This document shows, piece by piece, positions 26,781 to 41,058 of a DNA stretch of 64,000 nucleotides (position 1 is its first letter; the number at the start of each line of letters is the position of its first letter). The DNA lies in assembly GCF_009834535.1 (NCBI RefSeq), contig NC_045696.1:40302001-40366000 (forward strand), written 5' to 3'. This stretch comes from Camelus ferus. Its lineage: Eukaryota. The notes under the pieces are model-generated. The model saw nothing but the letters and a program-made list of their open reading frames with translations. It was not told where the DNA came from and made no database searches. The translations under genes were made by a program, and so were the position numbers.

Positions 26781-27519
26781 ACAGAGATTAGCCCATGTGT
26801 ATTAAGGGCTTCTATATTAAGGCTCTGTACTAAGCACAATATATTCATTATCTCCTTTCACAACAGCCCTATGACAGAAATGTTATTGTTATTCTCATTT
26901 TATTGAGAAGACTGCCATTTGTTCAGTACCTAACAAGCAGAAGAGCTGGGATCTGAACTCCAGAGTAAGCTCTCTTCACCATTAGGATTGATGAAATGGC
27001 TATGCGACAAGAAAAGCAAGCTATCGGATTTGATTTTCACGTGTGGGAAAACCCTTTATACAGAGAAATATAATCTGATATTCCCCATCTCCACCAAGTC
27101 TTGAAATCATTAGAAAAGGCTTAAGTGGCTGAGAGTTGTGTAAAGACCACAGAACATATAAGAATTTATCAGCTATGTGACCTCAGGCATGTCCCTTAAC
27201 CTCTGATGCTCAGTTTCCTCTTCCACCTATTCAAACACTATTACATCAGAAATTCAATGGTGAATAAAATCTGGAAAATGAGAAAAATAATAACGACCTC
27301 CCGCATTGCCCTGGGTATCACTCAGTCAGCACCCATTCCCATCCCACTCTCCCTTCTGCACCAGAGACTCAAGTTACAGAAGGAAGAAATTTCTGACATT
27401 AAGTTTTGTGAAACATGCTTCTAAGTGCAGAAGGGAAGACTAGAGAATTGATACCTTCTGAATGAAAGATGAGTGTTTCAGAAAAAGTCCAGAGAAAAAA
27501 AGCACCAACTTTTTTGTTA

Positions 27520-27742
27520 TTCACTTTCTCTTGTGTACTTTAATAGAATTTTTTCATACCTCTATTTACAATTTTTATCATATTTTAATTATTGTTTCAC
27601 GTGTCTTTTTCCCCTGTGAGATTCTGGATTCTAGAAGACAAAGTCTATCATTTTCTTCTTCCCTTATCTACCAAAGTCATAACAAGCCCTGAGCCTAGCA
27701 GATTGTAGGCACTCATTAGACATTTGTTGAATGAATGAATGT
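27520..27742 (+). mobile_element. L2 3' end
   Basis: Ends 'gtaggcactcattagacatttgttgaatgaatgaat'. Confidence 0.75.
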
Positions 27743-28539
27743 TCCTGGCTGGAAAAAGGAGAATAAAATCACAGGAGAGAAAAATATAAATTGAACCTTA
27801 TTTCACATACTGAGATTGACAGATCATTCATTGAAAACAGAAATTCTTTTTTGCTTTATTTAGATGTGGGAAGAGCTATAACTAGGCACAATATGTAAGC
27901 ATCTTTCACAATTGTTTAAAACCTCCAGGACTCCCTCCTCAGCAGCTCTTAAGAGACAGGACAAATTCTGGTTTGTGAAAGGGAGTGGGTGGTCCTGCTG
28001 GGATGCAGGTGGAGAGGACCACATGATTTCTTACAGCCTGAGCTTCAGTGATTCAGTGATTCCAAATGAACGCTCAGGGATCCTTCCAAAAAAATGATTC
28101 TTTCCAGTTACCCTGACTTCCTTGAACAAGCTCACTGAAAAGGAAGAGTCCAAATATTTAATCCAATATTGTCATGTTGCAAACATTCTGTTTTTACATC
28201 AATGGATTCTTTCAGCCAAGCAGAAGTGCTGTGAATGTTGACTTGGAACCACTGTGACTTTGCCTCCATATGATCAGAACAATAAGCTGAAAAATCAAAC
28301 ATTCTGTGAAAACAGGTTTGGGGGCCAAGATCTGAAGTGAGCTATTTTTTTAGGTGGATTGACTAAGTAAACTATTTGGAATAGTCAAACAGGTTCAGCT
28401 CCTGGGACGTACCGCGTGGTCATCAGGTCTGAAATCTCAGAGTGTCCTGCATTCACTCAGGCTTTCAGTATCAGGTGATGTGAGCCAAACATGCCATGGA
28501 GACCATACTCAGAGCATGAATTTATAAGAGCTGTCTTTT

Positions 28540-28750
28540 CAAGTTTGTGTATTGAGCACCTCCTGGGTGAATACAACTATACTAGATATCTTCTATTTAT
28601 TCTCTATAATGCTAAAAAACAATCCTGGAAGGCAGCAGTCATTATTTCCATTGTATATCTGTAGAATTGGGGCTTCAGAGAGGTTATATAAACTGCCCAA
28701 CACTGTCCAGCTACTAAATTAGAGTCAAGATTGAGATTCAGATGTATCTC
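28540..28750 (-). mobile_element. MIR SINE
   Basis: 'attatttccattgtatatctgtagaattggggcttcagagaggttatataaactgcccaa'. Confidence 0.7.
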
Positions 28751-30994
28751 TGCTAGCCTTCCTAAGTAGTAGGGTGGCACACTGTTGGATCATTTACAAG
28801 CATCTGAGCCTGAAAGCTGGAAAACATAGACCAGTAGACAGAAAGCATTATTGAACGAGTAGTTGTTATTTTTTAACGAGAGTTTGTCTTTTGCTTTAAG
28901 CCAGTTGTTCATCTTTTTCCCACTGAAATGGAGAGTTGTCAGATATCAACAATCCATTTCCCACTGCTATCTGTGAATTGTCTGTATTATTTTAATGATA
29001 GAATCATTTCTTAAGGTAGAGTAGTGTATTTTCTTCATAATGTCTGAATTTGGCACCTTGTAGAATAATTTTCTGAACGGGAATTGTGCTTCCATTACCT
29101 AATTGCAAAATGTTGCCAAAATTTAAAAAGGTTCTGGGAAGGGGAGGCAGTGCAAGAATTCAAGTGGACCTCAAGGTCTTGCTCTTAAAAGAAATGGAAA
29201 TATTTTTGGACTGGATTGTCATCCTATTTGTTGGTGTAACTACAACTGGAAAGGGAGAATAAAAGGCAGTACTTTTCTCCCCACTTTCTCTGGTAATACC
29301 TACAACTGAATTATGCTTTCTTAAAGAAAATATTTCTGAGTATTTTGCAAATTTTACCATCTTCAAATATACTAGTTTAATGCCTCACTCTAAGGAATAA
29401 ATAAATTTATTCTTATGTAATAAGAACTCTAAGAAAAAATGATGTCAATCAACTACACTGTAAGCTCAAGCAGTAAGAAGACAAATGCAAGTAATGCAAG
29501 ATACAGCGTTAAAAGTTGGAGAGGATGCTGCGTAATTAACACTGTCTCACTATCATCAAAGGTGGTGAGAAGGAGCAGGAATTTGTATACCCATGGTGTG
29601 CCCAAAATATGAATACTTTTCAAATGCTACAAATTTCAATCTTTTATTTTGAATTATATTTTACATACATAATCTCAAAATGATATTAACTTAGTTATAT
29701 TCTACTAGATAAGAAAATTAGGATAGTATTTCCATCCTTGTTAATCTTTCTCAGTTTCCTCATGAACTTAAAAATCTGTCAAATAAAAGATGTCAGTGCG
29801 AAGAAAAGAAGAGACTACCCCTTCCCTGCACCGTCCATACCATACCCTATGTCACTATACATTTTTCTCCCCTTTTCTCTATGTTGTAGAATTTTCAAGT
29901 CTATTAAAAAAAATTCTGGTATGTTGTTTTTCCATTTATAATTCTTCTAATGGCTTTCCACATAGAATAGCAAAAGATTTTGTTTTCAATCCAAACACAT
30001 ATGGATACTAAAAGCCTATAGTCAAGTCACGTTGATTTTGCTTATTTAAGTCTGTAATGTGGTAATAAATTGAATACATTCTTAGTAAGAGTGCTAATTC
30101 ATCCACCACAGCAATTTTCTGTGATTAAAAAAAATACGGATATAATAGTCAGGCTACCTTACCCACGTGAGGTACTTAGCTGGGGACTTGGCAATCTTTT
30201 CAACCATTCAAGGATTTTTATCTTTTTCTTGTTCTCAATATTACATAAAATAATTTTGCCTCTAATAAATATCTTAATACTATTCCTACTCTTTATCAAA
30301 TGCTGGAACAGAAATCCCCCAAAGGCAGTTACTTTTGAATTTTCACAATCTCTCTTCATGAGAATTAACCAGGCAGCCCTAAATGGAGCCTAAAATTTCC
30401 CAGACAAGGCAAAATAAATTTAAACAATAGGTTGCATCCTGAAAACAATAGTAGAATCAAGGGTTACATTTTTGACCAAAGATCTGCACTCAATTTTTAC
30501 TGGAATCTACCCCAATATCATATAATTTTAGTGATATGCCATAGTCAATTTAGTACTAACTTTCTTACAACGTGAAAATTAAGAAAACAGAACAATAAAG
30601 TAGCTAATCATTCATTTCTCTTAGTGTTAGTTTATTCAACAGATTTCAGAGAGTGTAAATCCATAAAACGGTCCACAAAGTAAGAACCAGAGGACCCTGG
30701 GGAGAGGGCTATACCAAAGCCAGGAACCAAAGGAATACCTTCCTTCCCCTCGACTAATGAGAACAGTGAAGGTTCAAGAGGAGGTCTCCCAAGGTCCAGA
30801 GGCAGAGAAATAGTCTTAAAAGCAGGAGCACACTGGGGGCTAGATGACTAGGTCACATAGAGGATGCACCTGATGTATAAGTGTCAACGTGATCACCACA
30901 GTGACCCCGGCCACGCTGTCTAACTGCCTGTCTCTCAAAGTCCAGATGCCATAGAGCCACCCAGCAGCAGGTGGACAAAAACTTGCCAAGTCAG

Positions 30995-31180
30995 AGAGAG
31001 AATGAGTCCCACTTGCCTCCACTGCCTTTTTGACTTTAGGTAAATCACTGAAACTCTCAGTTCCCATTCCCTAATCTGTAAAATGTTGATAAATAAAATT
31101 AAACGTGCTAAAGATTATAAGACAATGAAGGTAAAAAGCACGTTGTGTGCTATCTGGTGCTCTGTAAATGTTAGTAATCT
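30995..31180 (+). mobile_element. MIR SINE
   Basis: 'tgactttaggtaaatcactgaaactctcagttccc...aatctgtaaaatg'. Confidence 0.7.
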
Positions 31181-31952
31181 TTATCTGTTTGTGTGTGTAC
31201 TATTAGCATGCAATAAGTAATTCTAAAATGTTCACATTGCACAAACAGAGAGGGTAGATGAGGGAACTGCCCTTGGTGTGATGAGGCTGGGTTTGGGGAG
31301 ATCTCTTGGGCAGGAGGTTGCAGCTATGCACACAGACACACCAATCCATACATACACTAGGTGGTGACAGTTACAAGACTCCATGCTGCACTCTGGACGC
31401 TACCTGACTGCTTACAAACATACTCGATATGGGCCAGAAAAAAACCCGATACTGTTCTTATTCAGGGTACATACCACAAAGCAACATTTAGGGGGGCTTC
31501 AGTGAGAAACTTATAATAACAACAAGTAACTTAATATGTTTGTTACGAAAATTAATAAAACCATGTAAGTGAGAGCATAACAAATGTTTATAATTTTGGA
31601 GCGTTCATGAATAATTGTTCAGCCACTATCACAACATTTCCTCATACTCTGCATCTTCCAAACCACTTGATGAATTATTTTATCCATAAATTGCCTGTGA
31701 AAGAAGGCAGCACAGAGCAAGTTAGCTTAAGATTCTATCAAGCAGCTGTTACACCACCAGCACTTCTTCACCTGCAGGATCGTTGATCCTCATGCAAAAC
31801 CCCAAAGAACCTCTCATACAATTAGAAAAAAAAAATGTTCCAAGTAGGTATAGGTTTAACTATATTTTGTAATTTAATACAGTAAAACTCAGAGATCCAT
31901 TTATGCTATACATGGAAATACATATCCATTCTCAAACCACACCAAATGATAG

Positions 31953-32425
31953 TCTATAGTTTCCTACTGCTGTAACAAATCATCACAAACTTAGTGGCAT
32001 AAAACAACATAAACTTATTATCTTATGGTCTGGCAGTCAGAAGATCAAAGAAGTCTTACAGGGCTAAAATCAAGGTGTCATCACCTTCTGGAACTAAAGG
32101 GGAAAATCCATTTCCTTGCTTTCTTTAGCTTCCAGAGGCAGCTTGCATTCCCTGGTTTGTGGCCCCTTCCTCCACCTTTAATCATATCACACCAACCTCT
32201 GCTTTCTTCATCATGTCTCCTTTCCGATGCTGACTCTCCTCCTGCCCTTCTATAGGAAAGAACCTTTGCGACTAGACTGGGCCCACTCAGACAACCCAAG
32301 ATAATCTCCCCATCCCTAACTTCATCATATCTAGAAAGTCCTTTTTGTTAAGTAAAATAATATATTCACAAGTTCCAGAGGTTAAGACATGACATTTTAG
32401 GGAGTGTAGTATTCAGCATACCACA
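31953..32425 (-). mobile_element. MaLR solo LTR (MLT1D-like) with intact 5-bp TSD
   Basis: 'tgctgtaacaaatcatcacaaacttagtggcataaaacaaca...tattcagcataccaca'. GATAG at 31948-31952 and 32426-32430. Confidence 0.92.
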
Positions 32426-32567
32426 GATAGTACTTACCACTACATTTTCTCTTAAAAAAAAAATGCATTGGGAGCACAAAAAGTGTGTTTCAATGTGCCT
32501 GATGAGCCTTTGTGATTGAGTTCTGCAGTCATTACGTCCAATTCTTCCTGCCTACATCATTCGAACA

Positions 32568-32784
32568 CAGGGTTTCACATGTTCGGCCCTATTAATATTT
32601 TGGATCAGGTATTTCTTTGTTGTGGGGAGCTGTCCTGAGCACTGTGGGAACTTTAGAAACACCCATGGCTTCTACCCACTAGATGCCGGTAGCACTTTCC
32701 TCACAGTTGTGACAATGAACAATGTGTTCATACATAGTCAAGTGTCCCCTGGGTGGAAAAATCACCCTCAGTGGAGAACTACTC
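32568..32784 (-). mobile_element. MER20 (hAT-Charlie), full length
   Basis: Matches reverse MER20 throughout (tctacccactagatgccggtagc; cagttgtgacaa; tgtcccctggg). 8-bp TSD ttcgaaca (32560-32567) / atcgaaca (32785-32792). Confidence 0.92.
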
Positions 32785-33887
32785 ATCGAACAGAAAGCAG
32801 CCAAAATTTTTAATGGCCTCTTTAAAGGCAATAACTCATAGAAGGCAAAAGATCTGGAGGTACAGACTGATGGCTAATCTTAAGGGGGCAAATGTGAGTC
32901 ATATATCTCCGCACTGCAGGCTAAATTTACTGCTCGATGTATTTGTCCAGAAGAGACAGAACTTATTCATTGGCAGTAACTCATCTATGTGACGGTCCAG
33001 TGTGGGTCATGAGGCTTTCATACATACATATGAGGTTTTCAACTCTGGACATCAGGCTGAGTGGTGCCTTGTTACACAATGTCTTACAAAAGCTGTGAGC
33101 TCATGTCTCACTAGCTTTTCTTTCCACAGACCATAATCTCCTCAACCTATATCCTGCAATCTTTCCATTATCCTATGTTGGTTCTCAAACACAGGGGTGA
33201 TGATGCCTCAGAGGGGACACAGGCCAGGCCCCAGAACTCACTTCTTGGCTCACCCCCCAGGCACTGAGTCCCGATATTTGGTCATGTGTGCACCTCTTTC
33301 TCAGTTTCTTTTTACCATTAACTACCTGGTATTCATCTTGCAATTGACTTTAATTTTTCAAACATTAATACTACTTCAGCAATAAGATATGTGAATCGTA
33401 TTTTTAGAATGCTTTCATAGTTTTTCTAAAGTGCACTGAATTAAATACATAATTATAAAGGATTTCATGTTTGTCCGTGTGACATTTACAAGTATCTCAG
33501 AATTAGATGCACATAGGATACTTTAAAAAATTGCCCTGGAGGAGACCAGTATCAACAAAACCCTGATATTTGTTTCTAAATCTAAAGATGTTTTTCCCAT
33601 CTATTCAAGTTCCTCACGGTTAAGAGACCATCAAAATACAGCAAACCAAACTGCTCACAGACAGATGTAGAAAGCTCTGACAATCAGAAGGAAAACCTTA
33701 GGTTACTATTTACACGCTTTTAAATATCTTCCTTTTCATTTTCCTTTAAAATAACTAATAGTTAAGATTTATTCCCTTAAAAAAAAACAGCATTACTAGG
33801 TAGTTTGTACTGGTATGTTTAACACAAGACATTAGCCAGATAACCACAGAAAAAGCAAACTAAAAAATTGGGGAAAATAATCTAGAC

Positions 33888-34220
33888 CAGGATTTCCCAA
33901 AGTGTATTCCACAGAACATTAATTCTACAGGATCTTCAGAGACATTACATGAAGAAAAAAAAAAAAAAGTCAGGGGAGATTGGCAGAGATCTATAGTCAA
34001 ATAAGTTGAAGAAATGCTGTTAAACAAAATCAAAGGATTTTTTTTTTTTTTATTGTAAGACTTCTCGGAGACTCTCACATTCTACTGTACTTTGTGAAAC
34101 TTAAGGGAAATATATATTAAGCAGGCAGTCCTAAATTTATTTATCAACAAAAATCCTTTTTGTTTCCTCAGAGCATTTCATAGGACTAATGTTCTAAGGA
34201 ACATATTTTGGGAAATGCTG
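33888..34220. mobile_element. Non-autonomous hAT-Charlie-like DNA transposon
   Basis: Terminal inverted repeats caggatttcccaaagtgtattcc / ggaacatattttgggaaatgctg. The left flank atctagac fits the Charlie NTCTAGAN target preference. Confidence 0.75.
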
Positions 34221-35074
34221 AGTAATCTGGATTAGAGAAAATTTTATTTTTCTGAGACTAAGGAGAACAAACTCCAGGATAATGGATATTTTTTAGTGCA
34301 TGCTATCTTATTTTTTAAAAATACTTAGAGGTACAGACTGTCTTTTTCTGGATTAACTTTGTCAGCCACTGCTTTGCATTCCCAGGGGCTCAAAAAACAT
34401 TATTGGATGAGAATGACAAATGAACATAAAAGACAACATGGAAATTCCTTTACTGGCTATAGCATGGTTTATACTGGCTACTACTCGGCTTTCAAAAGTA
34501 GCTATACTTCTTTTTATCTTAACTCATAAAGCTCCACAGAATGTGGGCTCTGATAATCTAAAAACAATCTTAGCTAAAGCTGATATTACCTGGAGTGTTA
34601 ACAGACAGCTGTTACAATTCATGGAATCAGCAAACAGGATATTTTGCTTAGTGGACTTTTACTTCCTGTCCATGCACAGTACACAAACACGCAGGGGTCA
34701 TTCTAAATGGAGACTAAGGCCATGAATTGAAAATTAGTTAATTTGTCAAATTTGATTTTTCCAGCAACTACTGTTTGATATGAAATTGTGAAAGTAATGA
34801 GATAGAGTGGCCAAAACACTGAGCCCAGAGTGACTCCTAAGAAATGTAAAGCCCCAAAATGTTATCAAACAAGAGTTTTAGCACTGGAAGGGATAGGAGA
34901 GATAGAAAGTGACACTGTCATTAAGCAAATAATCACGAAATCAAGAATTCTCACATGGGGTGCACAACTCGATTGTAGGGTGAGCTTGGGTGAGTCACTC
35001 TGCCTTTACCACCCATTTTTATCTATTAAATGAGAAGGTTGAGAAAAATAATCATCTAGCACCTTCCAGGGGCC

Positions 35075-35180
35075 AATATCATCAGCATCACCTGAGAGCT
35101 TGTTAGAAATGTAGAAACCCAGGCCTCACCCTGGACCTACTGAGCCAGAATCTGCATTCTAACAAGATGCCCAGATGAAC
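35075..35180. mobile_element. MER5A-like fragment
   Basis: 'atcagcatcacctgagagcttgttagaaatgtagaa...gacctactgagccagaatctgcattctaacaagat'. Confidence 0.85.
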
Positions 35181-36875
35181 TAACACATTGGTCTTCTAAC
35201 TCTGTTCCTAGTACCTCAGACCATACCCCTGCCTACCCTCGCCATCACCAACCACTCTCATGGATGGGGAATTAAGGGCAGGATTAGCAGTAAAGATTAA
35301 TGTTTTAAAAGCTCCAATATTATAACCCCTCTCTTTCGATGGACAAGGAAACCAAGGTCCAGAGAGGTAAAGCAGATTTCCTGAAACCACACAGATAATT
35401 AGCAGCAGAACAGAGGCTTTATTATTAGTTTTTCCAGTGCAGTCGACTGTACTGTTTCATGAGAATGTTACCAAAATGATGCAATTAAATTGCCAAGTGT
35501 TAATGTTATAACAAATGAACAGCAATGCTTTTCTTCTCTTGGAAAAGACCTTTTTTTTTAGTTTAAAAGAGACTGATTTTTAAAGAAATTATGTTTTTTC
35601 TGGAGGTGCTTAGAAAGAATCGAGTTACAGAGTGTCTCATTCCTCTTCCAGGCAGTAGGAAGGCTTCTAGACTCAGGCCAGATGCTTACTCTCTCCTTTC
35701 CCCTCTCTCACCACCAAACCCCCAACCCAGCATGCGTGCGTGCACTCACACACACACACTCACACACACACACATCCGTTGAAGATGTGTAATTTAATGA
35801 TGAATAATGACAGAAACGACATGATCCAGGATGCTCACAGTCTACTGTTAATTAATAACCCCTTTAGCAACTAGCATTTTGCCTTGTCTAAAACAACTGA
35901 AACTTTCTGCAGCTTGGTAACCAAATATAGCTCAAATGACCACAAAGAAATGAATGTATATATAGGTTGAGCAAATAATTTGTGGTCACATTTAAACCAA
36001 TTTCACTCATTCAATTTGAGTATAATGGGCATTTGTATGTTCCCCAGTGACGAGTGTCTCTTTTCACCTTGAGGAAATCCTTACTCTTCCATTTTGTTCC
36101 ACTCGCCCTTTCACCATTCTCAGTCACTGGTGACTTAGAAATAAGGGAGATGTGTACGCCAAAGTCAGGAAGAGTAACAAAAATATTTGAATGTACAATC
36201 GAGCAGACTGTAATTGGCCTTAGTAATATAGTCAGATACTTTCTTCAGTTTGCTTCTAGAATACTCTGGGTTTTGCCTGGAATAAAGGTACTATATTTAA
36301 AATGAAATGGAACATATAACTGCATGGTGCCATGTCTACCCTTTGGAAATGATCTTTTGTCATCCCCCTCACAGCATTATTGTCCAAGAACTGTCAAACC
36401 AAATGTGCCAAACCAAAAGTTAATTTCAGTACTTCCTTTATGGTTGATAAATCTCAAATATCTTCCTCACTCTTCAGTTCTTTGCTATCTGCAAATCTTT
36501 ATAAATGGGGGGATTCTTGTTCTTAGTCTCTTTTTCTTATGTAAAATTATAAGGTTTTTTTGATAGACCAGCAGCATACAATATGGTAAGATTAGGTGAC
36601 TTACAAAGTTTAGCCAAGTAATACAAGTATCTAGCTTGTGCATGGAAAGCAAAAAATAGATCAAAATGCATACCCATCTTCTCAAGAAATCTTTGACTGT
36701 TGGCAGAAGTAAAAACTGCAGTGAACGCTTATAGAAGACAGATGTTAGGGGATACAATTCACATCCTCTCCAACCAAATTACATCTTTTCTTTTTTTAGG
36801 AATAATTGTTAAGGGTACTCATCATAGACCACAATCCATCCAAATAATAAACAAGTCCTCATACCAAGATTCTAT

Positions 36876-37066
36876 AGCAGTCTTTTCAATAGAAATATGA
36901 GAGCCACAGACATAATTGTAAATTTTCTGGCAGCCACATTTAAAACATAAAGTTAAACACGTAGAATTAATTTTAGTAATATATTTCATGTAACCCAGTA
37001 TGTCTAAAATGTTATCATTTCAACATACAGCCAAAACTTAAAAATTACTAAGGAGTTATTTTACAT
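36876..37066 (+). mobile_element. MER33 (hAT-Charlie), 5' portion
   Basis: 'caatagaaatat..gagccaca..aaattttctggcagccacatttaaaa...aacccagtatgtctaaaatgttatcatttcaacat'. Confidence 0.8.
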
Positions 37067-39059
37067 GAATTGTAGTAGTCTCGGCACAGCATGGTAATCT
37101 TAAAAGATTAGGAGGAGAAAATGGTGAAAGTGGTTTGCAAGCAACTGAAAAAGCCATTCCCAATAATAAGCTAGCATCAACCCTAAGGCAGCTGAACTGT
37201 AATAGCCTCTTAGTTGTTTGTTTTTTTTAATCAATAAATCTCAAAAGAAAACTGAAGGTTCTTCTCATCACTTCTTATTTTATGAGTGAGATTTACACTC
37301 AGTAGTCAAGTTTTTCCATAAAAAGTTTAAAATAAAAATAATTTAAAATCATAAGACAAGTTGGCTGTTCTCTCTTCTCCCTTCTCCTCCCATACTTGTA
37401 TTTGCTTCCATCAATGCGCTACCACAATTTGCATCATTTCACTTGTTAGTTGGTTTTCTTCCTTCTCACGCATGTCCCACAGAATAAGCTCCCTTAGAGC
37501 AGGAACCATAGGTCATGTTATGTTCACTGATATATCTGGAGTATCTGCCCTCCTGCCAGCCATATGAGAGTCACTCAGTATTTGTTACAAGAATTATAAA
37601 ACAAATTAAGGAGCATCAACTAGGTCAGTACAAATGTAAGGGTCTTTTTTCATTAATAACACACACTAGAATTCTAGGGTTTGTTTATCCTAATGTCTGA
37701 ATGGAACAAAGCAGAAAGAGTAAACATACCAAAAGTTTCAACTTCTGTAGCACATTGCTGGACATTTAAGAATAACTTCTTAAGTCAAGATTTAAAGTTT
37801 GTTGGGGTCCCACCCCCAGAATTCAGGAGGATCTGTGCTAGGTAGGGGCACCTACCACAAGAGGCCTGGACCAAGGACTCAGATTCTGAGTTTGGGGTAT
37901 TTTCACCCAGAGCAGCCAACAGCAGCTCGGTCAGGGAGAGACCTTAAAACAGGCTCAAAGAGAGAAACCAAAGACAGAAAGCACAGCAAGGCTGAGTGAA
38001 TATCCAAATATCCTTCGGAGGGGAAGAGCAGAGGGCACAGTACCCTGAGGAGCTGGAGGCCTGCTTCAATGTAACCAGTGGCTCCTAGACTAGACTTAGT
38101 GGGTCCCTCTGCACAGACCCTGAGCAGCCTTCTATCAGGCCCAGGGTCACAGGGTTACTGCACCATCATAATAGAAACTAAAACCAGCTATTCTCACATC
38201 AGATTATGACTACCAGACCTTAAAGTGGTAACCAAGGTAGAAATTGGGGTATTTATTTTGGAATTCATGCAACAGATTTAGGCATAACTGATTCAGATCT
38301 ATTTATCATAACTTCACCACCCTCCTCTCAATTCCACTTCTTTTATTTTCAGTTTCTTCATTTAAAATTTTTTCTATGTAGTAATTTAGTCAGTTTGCTA
38401 TAACCTCCACCTGAAATATACAAAAATTTAAAATCACACACAAAAACCTGAGTGCCAACTTGAGGTATGAAATGTTTCCTGTTAACTACAGGAGATAGTA
38501 AAGGAGTAGCTGCTATGAAGAAATCTTTGGCATGATTAGATCTGCTAATAAACTTTATGGGTCTATGACTCAGAATTAAATTAGTCAGATTAGGAAGTTA
38601 AAAGGAAAACAAGCAAATTGTTTTAAATGCTGGCATTCCCTAAGAGATCAGGGAAGCTGAGATAAAAGCATGTTTTAGGGAGTTGACTGAAAAGGCTTTG
38701 GCACAAGAGAGGTGAGGTGGTTTGAGAATCTTTCAGTACCTAGGAGGGACTCTAGCTTGAAAAGTATACAATTCTAACAATGAGAGTTGTAAATTCTCAC
38801 TGATAACAGATAGTCAAATGAGATTTGAGATATTCAAGAGTCAGAGCAGCTGCTTCCATCTGGGAGGCCAATTTCATTGGGAGGATATATGGATACACAT
38901 CTGTGCAATATCTTTTTTTATATCCTAATACATAACCCTCTTTATAACTAACTGTATTTTTCCCCATACTGACAGCACTACTGCTACCTGGCCAGTTCAG
39001 AAGATAAATATTAGTGTAAGGGAAATATCAGAATTGATGACAAAGAAGGATCTAGAGTA

Positions 39060-39450
39060 AGCATTCAACAGACACCTATTTATTCAAAAAGAAGTGTGAT
39101 AAGATACTACTGTTACCCACAGGCCACTCTGTGTTATAAAAGATGCCAAAGAAACATGAGATTGGACTCTAGCCTTTGAAGAACTTAATGATCTAGCTGG
39201 AAAGAGAAAACATAGACAATTAGAAGCTAAAGCATTCCAACAGAACCAAATACAACAGCACATTCTGGTCTCTACCACATCACTCTACTGTACTTTCTCT
39301 ACAGCACCTGCCACCATCTGAAATTGCTCAGTGTTTATTTAGTGTATGTTTATTGTCTCTGACGTGTCTCCTACTAGAATGTATGCTTGTGGAAGAAGGA
39401 ACGCTATCTAGCTCCCAGTGCCTAGAACAGACTATTAGTTGAATGAGTAT
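39060..39450. mobile_element. Two L2 3' fragments in opposite orientation
   Basis: 39060-39200 minus (cattcaacagacacctatttatt). 39270-39450 plus (ctagaatgtatgctt...cccagtgcctagaacag...gttgaatga). Confidence 0.65.
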
Positions 39451-40645
39451 ATTATTAATGAAGAAAATAGATCACCTACAGCTATTTATTAAGGACTTGA
39501 TGAATGATAAGAGCTACAAGCAGTTAGAGGAAGAGTAGACTGAGGTTACATTGGCAAAGAAGGCTCCACAAAAAAGGGGGAGCCCTTGAAGGTGAGTCTA
39601 TGTGAAGAAGTGGTCTCAGAGGACCAATTGCCAATGCCAGGTAAGATGTGAAAAGCAGAAACAAACAGTACTGATAGAATAGTTTACAGGCTAGCTCATG
39701 AATTTCTCCACGTGACAAATGCTCAGTACTTAAACCTCCTCTTGGTACACCCCTCTCTTCATCAAACATGCCATTCTCTCCATCACATAGGCTCACAACT
39801 CCACAGCCACCTAAGATTCCTATCCCCACTTCACTAGCCCCACAGCCAAGGAGTGTCCAAGTTCTAAAGATTCAACTTCAGCCATTTTTTTCTCATCTAT
39901 ATTCACTCATCCACTCCCATCCACCACAATCTTGACCTCTTTAACACTGACTTGAACTATTGCAACAGCCTCTGGTCTTCAGAACCTCCAGTCTACAGTC
40001 CAAGACATGATTTCCTGTTCCAACTCTGCCTCTAAGTTACCTGTATGACACTGGACAGAGATCACAAATGTCACTATGCCTGAGTCTTTTCATTTGTACA
40101 GTGAGGAATTGGAATGGACTAAATCATTGCCATCATCTCTTCCTACTCTCCCATCTCAGAATCCTATGATATCTCTGTCTTCTGCAGAACCTAGCACAGA
40201 GAGAATGCACAAAGATTGTTTTACTTTAATATAATTGAGTGATATTTTCCAGATAATACCATTGAAAAATTATCTGTGAGCTTCAAATCAAAGACCCTTT
40301 AAAGATATTTCTTCCCTTTATTTTACATTCTCAAATACATTTTCACTCTGAGCACAGGGCTTTCTTCATTCTAGGCAAAATATATATATAGTTAATTGTC
40401 CATTCTAAGCAAAAACAATCAGTTTAAATAGTTTTAAAATCTAGTTTTAAAAAATCTGGTTAATTCTCCAATTTAAGCAACAATCTCTTCCCTCTCTCTT
40501 CCTCTCTCTCCCTCTTTCTGTTTCTCACAAACACACATTCTTTCTTACTCCTTTTAGGTGTAGATTCAACAATCTAATCATACTCAAAATAGAGGCATTC
40601 TTATAATGTGTGAGGACTCACTGAGAATAAAAAAGAATGTTAGAG

Positions 40646-40817
40646 CAATGCCTCCCAGAAATGTTCATGTGCACATGAATCATCTGGGGGTATTGTGAAA
40701 AGATAGATTCTGATGCACTTAGTCTGGAATGAGGCCTCCCAGACTGAATTTCTAACACGCTCCCAAGTGATGCAGATGCTGTTGCTCTGGGAATCAAGGT
40801 GCAAGAGCACACGAGAA
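40646..40817. mobile_element. MER5A/B DNA transposon
   Basis: 'gaatcatctgggggtattgtgaaaagatagattctgat...tttctaacacgctcccaagtgatgcagatgctg'. Flanked by ttagag on both sides. Confidence 0.8.
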
Positions 40818-41016
40818 CCTTAGAGAGCATGGTATCAAAATCCCTCACTTTTGCAGCAAAGTTGAGGCCCAGATTGAGGCTGCTGCAGGCCCTGCAGCTC
40901 ATACTGACAGAGATGGGACAGGCACAGACACTCAGACCTCTCCCTTGGGGCTCGCAGGGTGCTGATGCCATGCTGCCCATGCAGAGCGCAGCCGCACACC
41001 CTGACTCTTCTCCAGT

Positions 41017-41017
<1 letters not shown>

Positions 41018-41055
<38 letters not shown>
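41018..41055. repeat. (CA)19 microsatellite
   Basis: Direct reading. Confidence 0.97.
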
Positions 41056-41058
<3 letters not shown>

